From Antedon mediterranea (lineage: Eukaryota > Animalia > Echinodermata), in assembly GCF_964355755.1 (NCBI RefSeq), contig NC_092673.1, positions 26,781,648-26,845,647 of the forward strand: a stretch of 64,000 nt of DNA, in the 5' to 3' direction. This document shows, piece by piece, positions 11,639 through 23,510 of this stretch; within the stretch, counting starts at the first letter, position 1, and every line of letters starts with the position of its first letter. Made by a program: the position numbers and the translations under genes. The notes beneath the pieces are model-generated. The model was not told where the DNA came from. It saw nothing but the letters and a program-made list of their open reading frames with translations, and did not search any database.

Positions 11639-12826
11639 TTATTGGCTCCCACCTTTAACTTTAACACCTTTTGGTAGTATTATCTTGTTTACATATTTTC
11701 CTGATTGTTTGTATTTGTAAATTTCATTTGTCCTACAGGAAACCAGCAAATCACCATCATCACATTTGACCAGTCCTCTAGGAATGAATTCATTGATGTG
11801 TACATTTAATGTACAGATTCCTTCAGTTGTACATACTCCTCTTATAACATAATTGTCATTGTTATCATCTTCAACAAGAGCATTGTTGGTTTCTCCTAAA
11901 GGTAGTGTCCATGTTGCTTTCAGTTGATTTGATTGGGTCACTGCTTCTGATGCTGTAACTTTTAAATATTCTATAACTACACTTCCAATGTTGTCTTGTT
12001 TTAGCAAATCAATTTGATTTCTGTTTTCAAAGAACGAAATTTTTCCATTGTTTTGTGGCTTGGTTTCAATAGGATACTTAATTTGATCTTTCAGTGCTTT
12101 TAATGCACTTTCACTTGATGTCATAGCAGTTGCTGGCTCACTATTTACTAACTGATTAAGAAATACCTCATTTTCATTTAAATCGGAATCAATTTCTCTT
12201 AGTTTCTTTATGTGGTCAACATTTATAGCTGTATATTTTTCATGAAGCTCTGCAACTTTATCGTTCAGTTTATCTTGATTTTTCCTAATTATATTTTCCA
12301 TTTCCTGAACTTGGTTCTCAATATCTTTTAAACTTGTTTCTTTACTTTCTGTGAGTTTGTTGGCAATCCTGATACATGATTCTATACCATGATATAATTT
12401 ATCTCTGTATTTATCAGCAGTTTTCTGTAACTTTACTGCAGTTTCCTTAAATGTTTGGAATGCATCTGCAATATCAATTGTGTCATGATCCGTTCCCTTG
12501 TGATCTTTTACTGAACAAATATTACATATTGGCACTTTACATGTTGTACAGTACATCTCTAGTGGCTTATTATGAGTAAAACAAATGGCTGGTTTTAATA
12601 ATGCAAATTGCTGTGGTGTAATTGACTGCACTTCGTCTGCTGAGAGTAGAGTATGTTTTTTGGTTATTGGAAGTAGTTTATGGTGGTTGCTACAGGTGTG
12701 GCACAAGTAATGTTCACATTCCTGGCAGTAGTGTTCTACCGGTTCTTTAGTTTCACAGATACATTTCATCTCAACTGTCTTAAGATCCATATTTTGCTTC
12801 TCATCTATATCTTTACTTTTTGCCAT
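11639..12826 (-). CDS. RING-less B-box/B-box/coiled-coil TRIM-like protein with abbreviated filamin/NHL-like C-terminus (TRIM2/3/45/71-type)
   Basis: 395-aa ORF. B-box1 C-x-C..YCQECEHYLCHTCSNHH..H; B-box2 CFTHNKPLEMYCTTCKVPICNICSVKDHKGTDH; heptad-rich helix; one NHL-like remnant (PRGL..DGDLLVS..IYKY). A splice acceptor (TTGTAG) lies 1 nt upstream of the ATG. Confidence 0.8.
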   Translation of the reverse strand: MAKSKDIDEKQNMDLKTVEMKCICETKEPVEHYCQECEHYLCHTCSNHHKLLPITKKHTLLSADEVQSITPQQFALLKPAICFTHNKPLEMYCTTCKVPICNICSVKDHKGTDHDTIDIADAFQTFKETAVKLQKTADKYRDKLYHGIESCIRIANKLTESKETSLKDIENQVQEMENIIRKNQDKLNDKVAELHEKYTAINVDHIKKLREIDSDLNENEVFLNQLVNSEPATAMTSSESALKALKDQIKYPIETKPQNNGKISFFENRNQIDLLKQDNIGSVVIEYLKVTASEAVTQSNQLKATWTLPLGETNNALVEDDNNDNYVIRGVCTTEGICTLNVHINEFIPRGLVKCDDGDLLVSCRTNEIYKYKQSGKYVNKIILPKGVKVKGGSQ

Positions 12827-13171
12827 CCTACAATAACAATGTTTAAAAATAATGAATGTTTATGAGTACAGTAAAAATAATTTCATGTGGTGAAAGAAGA
12901 AAGAAAAGCCAAGTGAATATAGAATATTTCAACTTTCACCGAATAAGATTTTTGTACTATTGCACAAACATAACACTCAATTTCTTTTAAAACACACCTA
13001 CTTTTAAACAGAGGCTAAACCATTCCAGAAGGCAGCACTCCAATTTTTGACTTGAAGTACAAAATTTATAGATTGCGCACACTACTTTTCGAACATGCTT
13101 AACAATAGCTAAGCCTTGTGTCACACGTGGTTGTTGTGTTGTGTAACAAGAATGAACTTCATAACAAAATG

Positions 13172-16100
13172 ATTAGAGGCCGTAATGGTAAGGTAAGCAG
13201 TAGAAAACCGTAGCTCCGAAATTACCTAACTTTTCACTCTTTCAGTTATCTCCATACTACTGATTTATTCGTATTCTATTGAAATTATATCACTTAAACG
13301 TATTATTTATAATGTCGACACCATCAAATCGCCCAAATCTTCGTAAAAATAAAAACAATCCTGGGCCGACCACCGAGGCTGAAATACCTCAGCAACAACT
13401 GGATCTTAGCACAGGGCTTGACCTTCTGAGACAGGATATCATTACTCTAACTAACAAACTGAGTGGACGGCTGCATACCTTGCTTGTAAGCAGGATAAGT
13501 TGATTGAACGAGTGGTAGCGATGGAAGTTCGCCAAATAGATATGGAGAAATCGGTTACATATACATCAAAACTGATCAGTGAACTGGAAGAGAAAAACAT
13601 GGATCTTACCACCAAAGTATTACATTTGACTACTGAAATATCTACTAACATGAAACCGATTATCGAGAGACTTGAAACGGAGATTATTAACTTAGAACGC
13701 TATTCCCGAAGTTTTAACCTGCGTTTTGGAGGTTTTCCTGAAAGTAAAGGTGAAAATGTGCATGACATCTTAAAAGAGTACATAACAAATAAGCTGGACC
13801 TACCTGATATTAATATCGAACTAGCACATCGCACAGGGAAACACCCTAAGTCTGTGAATGATAAGCCCAGACACATCATCGCCAAGTTTGTTTACCGACC
13901 TGAGCGCCATCTTGTTCTAAAAAAGGCAAAATCAACAACAAAGGAAGGTGGGAATGTGTTTGTTCTGGAAGATTTACCAGCTGTTGATATAGCTAAGAAG
14001 AGAGCTCTCCGTGACGTAATGCATAGGGCATGGAAGGAAGGAAGGAAATAAACTGGTCTTTCGCAAAGGTAGTCTGTTCATAAACGGCAAATTATGCAAG
14101 TAGTTGGATGCAAGGCTTTACCGGTACTGTACATTAGCTGTTATTGATGGAGCGACGGCTGTCACACATAGTTACCAATTAGGCAATTATACGTGTACGT
14201 CTTACTTAGTATAAGTCGATTTGCTTTGATACTTATAGTTTTACGGTATTTATTGTTTGTTCTTTTTAAATTTTATTTTTCTCTTTAACTTACTCCAATG
14301 CAAAATAATGTCAATGGTGATTGCAATCATTGCTCAAGTTATTATGATATAGATTTGTTTAATACTATATATAGTTCAGAAACGTCATCTAACTTTTCAA
14401 TATTAAACCTAAATTGTAGAAGTTTAAATAATAAGTTTGATAAATTTTGTAACTTTATTCAGTCCTTAAATCATAGTTTTACTCTACTTGCCCTAACTGA
14501 AACTTGGATTAAGTTTCTACCGACACCAATCTTCTAAGCATTCCAAATTACAACCTTATTTTAAATAACAGGGATAATAAAAAAGGTGGTGGCGTTGCAC
14601 TATACGTTTCAACTCATGTTGCCTTTAAAAGGAGATATGATCTCTCAAGCCTAATTACGTCAGTTGAATCAATTTTTATTGAAATTGAGAATGACTCTGG
14701 TAAAAACATTATTGCTGGAATTATATACCGTCCACCTGACACCAACGCTAACACCTTAAATATGGACCTATCATCAGTCATGAAAATTATTAATGAAGAT
14801 AAAAAAATGGCATACTTAGCTGGTGATTTTAACATCAACCTTCTAAGTACAGATCGATATGTCCAGGATCACATTGATAATATTTTCAGTCATTCATTTC
14901 AGCCTGTTATTACTAATCCAACCAGAATTACCTTGCATAGCTCTACTATTATTGATAATATCTACTGTAATATTGAATCCGTATATCCCTCTTTCACATC
15001 CGGAATATTTACTGTCGATTCATTTCCCACATTTTGTATTAACTCCGTCCTTCCATATTAAAAAAAAGCCACCTAAATTTATTAAAAAACGTATTTACAA
15101 TGATAGATCTAAGCAAGAATTCATTGAAAATTTACATAACATAAGCTGGAATGAAGTACTTGAACAAAGTGATGTTAATATAGCTCTTTCTATTTTTAAT
15201 AACATACTTAATGATTGTACAAACATACATTTTCCACTGCAAAATATTCGTACTCGAGCAAACAAGCTCAAATCACCTTGGATAACTGAAGGTATAGCCA
15301 AGTCAATCAAAACCAGGCAAAAGCTGTATGCTAGATATAAAGCTACGTCATCACCTTCACATTGGAAAAAATATTGTTATAGAAACAAACTAAATAGTAT
15401 ATTTAGATACAGTAAACAAGAGCAATATAACAAAGTATTTGGTAAATGTGAAGGTGATATGAAAAGTACATGGTGCGAAATCAAAAATTCATTCCCAGCT
15501 AAACTAATAAATGGTCAATGTGAATATACAAATGACAAAGAAAAAGCCGAAGCTTTTAATTCAATTTTCTCAAATATTGCAAATTCTTTTTCGAATACTC
15601 CATTCAGTGGCAATGTTCAACCTTACAATGATTTCCTTCAGGGTAATTTTCCTTCATCATTATTTTTCAAACCTGTATGTGAACAAGAATTAGTAACATA
15701 CATAAATAATTTAAAATCAACAGCTCCTGGTTTTGATAACATTGGTCCATATATACTAAAGATATGTCCATTGGCATTGGCTATACCACTAACATTCATA
15801 ATGAACATGTATTTAGTAAAGGGTGTGGTTCCAAATGCAATGAAAATTGCTAAAGTTGTACCCATCCATAAAGGTGGTGAGGTCTCAAATATCAATAACT
15901 ATAGGCCCATCTCCATCTTGCCAACTATTTCAAAACTACTTGAAAGAATAGTTTATGATCAAACTATTTCATTTCTTACAAAGTTTAACATCCTCAGCAA
16001 TTCCCAGTTTGGTTTTCGTTCCCAACATTCTACAATAAATGCCGTCCATCATTCAATCCATAATATTTTGTCTGCTATTGATAATAAACAATTTACTGTA

Positions 16101-17473
16101 GGAGTTTTATTGACCTGTCAAAGGCTTTTGATTGTATTTCTCATGATATTTTAATTAATAAGCTACACGTCGTTTCTATGGTATAAGAGGTATACCACTT
16201 CAGTGGTTCGAAAATTATTTAAGTAACAGACATCAATATATATCAATCAATGATATTGCTCTGAGCTGCGGCCAGTTTCGTGTGGTGTTCCACAGGGATC
16301 CATCCTTGGTCCGCTTTTATTTCTGTTATTTATTAATGATTTAAATTATATTAGTGATTGTGCTGAAATTGTTATGTTCGCAGATGATACGAGTTTATTT
16401 ATTAATCATAAGGACATCTACCAAGCTATTATTTTAATGAATCGTGAACTTACTAAAATTGCAAACTGGTTAAAATCTAATAAGCTTTCGTTAAATATTA
16501 AAAAAAACTAATTTATTATTTTTCGTTCAGTAAATAAACTAATCCCTCCCCCCCCCCCCCCAACATTCCTAAATTATATTACGCCATCAGCGAAATTGAA
16601 AGAACAAAAGCAACAACATTTCTTGGCATTTTTATTGACGAATACTTATCTTTTAGTTCTCATATTAATACAATTTCATTAAAACTATCAAGAGTGGTCG
16701 GTGTCCTCAATAAACTTAAACATGCCTTGCCTTCTTCCGTATTACTATTAATTTATAAATCACTTTTTTGCCACATTTAATTTATGGTATAACTGTTTGG
16801 GGTTTTACTTCAAAAATTTATTTAAATCGTATTTATATTTTGCAAAAAAGAGCTTTTAAGATCAGTTTTTAATGTACATTACCTCCACCATTCTGCTCCT
16901 CTTTTATCAAATACACTTAATATTTACGACTTACTTACAAAAAATGTTGCTTTATTTATGTTTAAAATTCAAACATAATCAACTGCCCAGAATTTTTTAT
17001 ACTTATTTTCAAACTTTTAGTTCAGTTCATAATTATAATACCAGAAATAAATTAGATTTATGCGTATGATTGTTTTAATACTGAGGTTGGCAAGCATGAT
17101 ATAACTTTTCAAGGACCAAAAATATGGAATTCTTTACCTGAAGAACTCAAAATTATTAATTTTATATCTTCATTTAAGTTCAAATTATATGAATACCTTG
17201 TTTCTACTATTATTGTTTAAGTTAATATATTATTTGTCTTAAGTTAAATTATAACTGCATTTGTTAAGTTAAATGTCTTTTTTGTTCATTATCATATAAT
17301 TATATATATTTCTTTACCTTACCTTATTTTTAAATATGTTGCCTGGACCCCACATTTTAAAGCTTAAGCTTCCAGTGGGGTACCCTTTTTCTCATTTATT
17401 ATCTATTATTTCTAGAAAATGTAACTGTATTTTGTTTTTATTTGAGAAATAAATTTATTGATTGATTGATTGA
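13172..17473 (+). mobile_element. Near full-length decayed LINE (L2/Crack-like): ORF1 + APE-RT ORF2
   Basis: ORF1 about 13312-14100 (coiled coil, then LERYSRSFNLRFGGFPE..AHR..PRHIIAKF). ORF2 from 14298: LNCRSL, LTETW, GGGVALY, AGDFN, NYRPISILP, QFGFR, GVPQGSILGPLLF, FADDT, with many frameshifts and stops. The 3' end is AATAAA + (ATTG)n. Confidence 0.92.
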
Positions 17474-17494
17474 AATGTGCAATAATAAAAAAAA

Positions 17495-20400
17495 CTAGAA
17501 TTTAATTCGTCACTTTGACGAATTATAGGTGATCATTTTTATAATTTTAATGAAATTAACACTTTTTAAACATGCATGTACGTTAACATACGATCGTAAA
17601 AAGTTGATGTACGACATCCTATGACATGATGCATACGCTTATAGTGCTGAGTTGTGCCTATTATATGCCATATACAATATGTACAGTATATACTGTATAT
17701 CTATATACAGTGTAGCATAGGTGAAATTACGGGACACACATCATGTTCTAATTTTATGGTATGATGGAATTATCAAAATAAACTCAAAGGTGACAATTTC
17801 GAAAGATAATGAATTGAGCAACTAAATATAAGAATTGGAAGAGAATCTGGCACGTAGAAGCGCTGTGCGCGCTCTTTGAAATTTGTATAACTTTGACGAA
17901 AAAGATGAATAAAATACTTTTTAACTTCATCTGGCCATATGTTAACGTCACAACATCTGATAGGCTTGGTTTTTATATGAATTCATATCTACATTTCATC
18001 AGCTTTCATAATAAATTATAATCATCAAGGTAACCTTCAATTCTGAAGAGCTGTCAGATATTCAAATTTACGGCGAAGGTGAAATTACACGACCTACGTT
18101 ATTCAAGTTTTTACGCATGATGATGTCATCAAAATGAAAACACTGACAACTTATGAGAAAGATAAATAATTAAGCAAGCACACACTGAAATTTGTGCGAA
18201 AATCGAGCTCAAATAGCGGAGATGCGCTCTATTGAATGTGATAAACTACACAAAACGGAAAAAAATCCTAATTTTTTAATTCAAGTGGCCATTTGATGAC
18301 GTAATACCATTTTGTACGTCTAATGTGTATATACATTTATATCTACAACTCAATGGCTTCCCGAATAAGTTAAAAAACTTAGGGGTCATCGTGCATTCTG
18401 AATAGTTATTTTCATTTTTAAAAAGACATATTTTTCACCATTTTCAGAACTTTTGTGAAATTAATGTGCGCATTTTGTCATTTTTAACGTGCTCGTATAC
18501 CGTTATTTTAAGTCGGAATGGACTCAAGATCGGTGAATGTACTAAGAATTGTGAGTAGAATGTGATTTATACATCAAATTTCATTTTTTACGCCTTCTAA
18601 GAATCGCGTACGCAAAAACGTGTTTTTGCGCAGTAATTTTTTGAAACACGCAAATGGCCTAATTCATACTCTAAATTGATCAAAACTTAATTTTGAGCTT
18701 TTTAAATTTTTAATGACGCGATTTCACGCGCATGACCCTACGTGCACGTGCGTTTTTATTTGCTAATATTTTTACCCTTGACCTGAAGTTTATGTATAGT
18801 GAATTTCATTAATATGTGATAATGAATTATGGAGATATGATTGATAATGTGATTTCACAAAATGGCGTATACGTGACGTCACGGATGAGTGATCACGCTG
18901 AAAAGCTTATTAGGACTAAGTTACAGTATTTGAAAGACATTGTGAAATTTTGGTAATCATTGACATTAAACTTTTTTAGATATTTGTTACACAAAATAGT
19001 GCCCAGAAACAATAATAGCACTAGAATTTAATTCGTCACTTTGACGAATTATAGGTGATCATTTTACTGAAATTAATTTTTTATTTTACATGCACGTATG
19101 TTAACATACGATCAGAAAATGTTGATGTATGCCATCCTATTATGTGCTTACATAGTGCTGAGTTGTGCCTATTATATGCCATATACAATATGTACAGTAT
19201 ATAATATATCTATATACAGTGTAACATAGGTGAAATTACGGGACACACATCATGTTCTAATTTTTTGGTATGATGGAATTATCAAAATAAACTTGAAGAT
19301 GACAATTTCGAAAGTTAATGAATTGAGCAAATAAATATAAGAATTGGAAGAGAATTTGGCACGTAGAAGCGCTGTGCGCGCTCTTTGATATTTGTATAAC
19401 TTTGACGAAAAAGATGAAAAAACTACTTTTTAACTTCAACTGGCCATATGTTAACGTCACAACATCCAATAGGCTTGATTTGTATATGAATTCATATCTA
19501 CATTTCATCAGCTTTCATAATAAATTATAATCATCAAGGTAACCTTCAATTCTGAAGAGCTGTAAGATATTCAAATTTACGGCGAAGGTGAAATTACACG
19601 ACCTACGTTATTCAAGTTTTTACGCATGATGACGTCGTCAAAATAAAAATAGTGGCAAGTCCTGAGAAATTTAATTAATAGAGCAATCACATACTAAAAT
19701 TTGAGCGAAAATCGGGCACAAAATAACAGAGATGCGTTCTATTGAATGTGATAAAATATTACTAAAAAGAAAAAAAACTTAATTTTAAATTCAAGTGGCC
19801 ATTTGATGACGTAACAACATTTTGTACATAAAATATGTACATGAATTCATATCTACAACTCAATGGCTTCCAGAATAAGTTAAAACATTTGGGGGTCATC
19901 GTGCATTCTGAAGAAATATTTTCATTTTAAAAATGCCTTATTTTTCACCATTTTTCAGCACTTTGATGCAATTAATTTGCGCATTTTGTCATTTTTAACC
20001 TGCTCGTATAGCGTTATTTTAAGTCGGAACTGACTCAAATTTGGTGAATGTACTAAGGATGGTGAGTAGAATGCGATTTGTACGAATTTTTACTCTTTTT
20101 AAGTATCGCGCACGCAAAAACGTGTTTTTGCGCAGTAATTTTTTGAAACACCCAAATGGCCCAATTCATGCTTAATTTGATCAAAACTTAATTTTGAGCT
20201 TTTTAAATTTTTAACACCCGATTTCACGCGCATGACCCTACGTGCGCGTGCGTTTTTATTTGCTAATATTTTTACCCTTGACCTGAAGTTTACATGTAGT
20301 GAATTTCGTTAACATGGACGTTTAACGACGTATCTTTTTACATTAAGGGGATAGGTTGAGGCCAAAAGGAAGTGTTCACGTTGGCGTTTTGACCTACAGG

Positions 20401-22055
20401 CCGGACAAGCAACTGACTAGCAAACCAGAAAATGTAATAGAAATCACATATCTCCTAACAACGATGAACGGCTCTGATACGAGAAAAACATTGTTTGCCG
20501 CCCTCTATCCTGTAAAAATAACGTCTTATTTGGCCTGCTACATTATAGAAATAGGTAGGAAATAAACGATTTGGGCTATTTCATTACAGTCGGTATAAAC
20601 AGTAAAATCTGTTTACATATTACATACAGTGTAGATTAGGTGAAATTAAGGGAGCCGCAATTTATTCCAAATTTTAACATGGCGACGGCATCAAAATGAA
20701 ATACAAAGATAGCAATTTCGGAAGGATATTATCTCAGCAACAACATATTAGTGTGTAGAAGAAATTTGAATACGTGAAATATTGATGCACGCTCTTTTAA
20801 ATGTATTGAATTATAATGCAAAAGATGAAAATACGACTTTTCTCATTTAACTGCAGCCATATGATGACGTCGCAACATCCGATTGGCAAAATGTTTACAT
20901 GATTTCGTATCTACAGTCCAATAGCTTCCGGAAAACGTTTTAATCGTGATTGTCACATTTTATTCTTGCGAGCTATAACAGTTTAAAATTTACTGTAAAG
21001 ATGAAATTAATGCCACACGTAATTTCAATTTTTAGGCATGATGACGTCATAAAAATTAAAATATTTTTAACTCATGCGAAAGATAGTTGATTGAACTAGA
21101 CAATATAAAAATCGGGGTGAAAATGGAAAACGAATAAGTGGAGATGCGCTCTATTAAATGTGATGAGCTATGACAAAATATACAAAAATCCTAAATTGTA
21201 TATTCGCGTGGCCACACGATGATGCCACAATGTCCGGTTAGCCATATTAATACATGATCCGATATCTACAACTCATCAACTTCCAGAAAATGTCATCCAC
21301 AAAAAGTTGACCGTGCAGTTTAGAAATTACGACTGTTTAAAAAAAGGCATAATTTTGACGAATTTTTGAACTTTTTCATCAAAAACGCGCCCAAATTGTC
21401 CAATTCGACGTGCTCGTATGACGTAACTTTAAGTCGAAATTGTTTAAAAGTTGGTAAAATTACTAGAAGAGGCTGGAAAAACATCAATCACGCGAAAAAA
21501 TAATGTTTTACATGCTACGTGCGCACACGTAAACATTTGCGCATGTGTGGGAATTTTTGACATGCTTAAAATGACATGAAACGCGTAGAAAGTTGATTAG
21601 AAATTAATTTTGCGCATTATGAAATTTTAAATGCGCGTGCGCGCGTAACTTTGTGTAAAACACGAAATTTTTTTTCAACAGAAAGTTAGCGCATGATATA
21701 AATTAAACTTTTGCAAAGTTTCACTTTAAAATGTTATTTGGTTTTCGACATATGTTAAATACGAGAAAATCGTTAAATCGCGCGTACGTCACGTTGCGCA
21801 ATTGTAAACATCATGAAAAGCTTCGCTTGACGACGTTACATAAATGTCAAAATGTTAACATAGTTAACAAAATGTTATGTTTGCAAGTTTTAGAGAAAAG
21901 CGTTACACAAAAACCATACAGAAAGAAAGAAGATGACAAAAAAGATGATGATGATGATTTCGTACAATCACAAGAGGTTATCCTGCAACTTCGTTGCGGA
22001 TAACCAATTTTATACAATAACAATAGGTGATCATTTTATTCTAAATGATCACCTA
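17495..22055 (-). mobile_element. Cluster of Helentron/HINE-like non-autonomous elements: two family-B bodies (17495-19020, 19021-~20310), one family-A copy (~20345-22005), one family-B head (22006-22055)
   Basis: 3' ends on the minus strand read ATGATCACCTAT-AATTCGTCAAAGTGACGAATT-AAATTCTAG; 5' hairpins TAGGTGATCATTT..AAATGATCACCTA and GGTTATCCGCAACGAAGTTGCAGGATAACC. The cluster is homologous, in reverse complement, to 33652-41643. Confidence 0.8.
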
Positions 22056-22583
22056 AAAAACAAACAAAAAACTAAATTACACTTGCATATACCGAAATTG
22101 CAAAGTTGATGGTGTAGATTTCAATGAAGTAGTTATTAAATATCATTTGACCTCCTCCAATCAAATGACAATAATTTACTTCGAAGTGTTGGAAATCAAG
22201 ATTTTACACCATGTGAGATCATTTATTGGTTAATAATAATAATAATATTTATTCGGCAAAAGTTCATTAAAGTACATTTCACAATTCATCTTGCCAGGAG
22301 CAAGTAATAATAGGCATAAGCCCAAACAGAAAACTGCTGTTACTCTATCATTACTTATAAAATACAAAAATAACAAAACTAAGTAGCACAAATTAAGTTA
22401 GATAGAGGGCATGTACTGTATAAGAAAGATAATGATTAGGATTGAGATTTAAATCAAGGAATAAGTCACATAAAATGACTATTGAAATTACTAGGGCACT
22501 TTAGTATTTTCACATTTCACACAGTTTTCTGGAAATACTTATTTCTTATTGTAAAAAAAAATAATAAAATATGAAATCTTTAC

Positions 22584-22663
22584 CTTGATCAATCTTGCAT
22601 TGGAGATAATCTGTACGTGGTAATTGCTGACTTGATACAAAATCAAAATTGGGATTGTTTTTA
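22584..22663 (-). other. Putative non-coding 5' exon of the B-box gene; paralogous copy at 11157-~11222
   Basis: TTGCAG acceptor and CAAG|GTAAAG donor on the minus strand. A closely similar exon end (CAATGCAAGATTGATCAAG|GTAAA) is present at 11157. Confidence 0.45.
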
Positions 22664-23510
22664 CTGCAATAAAAATAATCTCAACAGATATAAATTGTGG
22701 GCACTTAAGTAATTATTGATTATTTTACAACTATATTTATTTACTCTTTTTAACAGCCATGGCATAGAGTTTTGAATTTTGAGTGTTATCTAAATGATAA
22801 TAGCAATAAAAGAACATTAGTGCTTATTACTTTATGTTTATGTGACCTCATTTTAGATAAAAATTTGTATTTACTTGTTTATAACAACCATGTCGGTACG
22901 TTTTTTATTCCTTTGAAGCTACAAGTATTTTACAATTATATTATAAAATAGAATTTATAGCACCATTAAAAGAACATCATGGTCGTTTTCCTTCCTAAGT
23001 AAATATACTGTATGCCTTATTACTTTATGTTTTTGTATAGTACTCATTTAGATAAGCCTAGTCTCAAGTTTTCAAAAACATTTCTTATTTCATTTCATTT
23101 ATGTAATTCAACCAATAAACAGATACAGAACATAAACAAAGCACAATGGTCAGGGGCAACTAAAGCAAAACAATAACTATAACTCAAAGAGTCAGTTGCC
23201 CCTTAAAAAACATTGAAATACAAAAATACAAGTATGCCTAAAACATTTGTACAAGCTTATTAAAAAGTCTCTTAATACTCAAAATTAGTATAAGGGATCG
23301 CATCGGTACATAAATATACAAAATGTTATGTCTAGTTAGTTTGCACAGATTGCATTTATACCGACTTTAATATAAAATAATGTTATAAATTACAAAAACA
23401 ATAACTCGCGTACAATATCAAGAATTTGAAGTAATAATAATATTAACACAGTACATAATTACAATAAAATAATAATAAAAAATAACTAGTTTTATAATGT
23501 TAATTTCCAG

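Noticed and set aside
3773-12826. Single fused TRIM-ZU5-DED protein
   Set aside because: The B-box ORF has its own stop and I identified no convincing phase-1 donor linking it to the ZU5 exon. Not excluded without transcripts.
14859-16154. 431-aa ORF as a host gene or an active RT
   Set aside because: It is an internal piece of LINE ORF2 bounded by frameshifts; the element is not intact.
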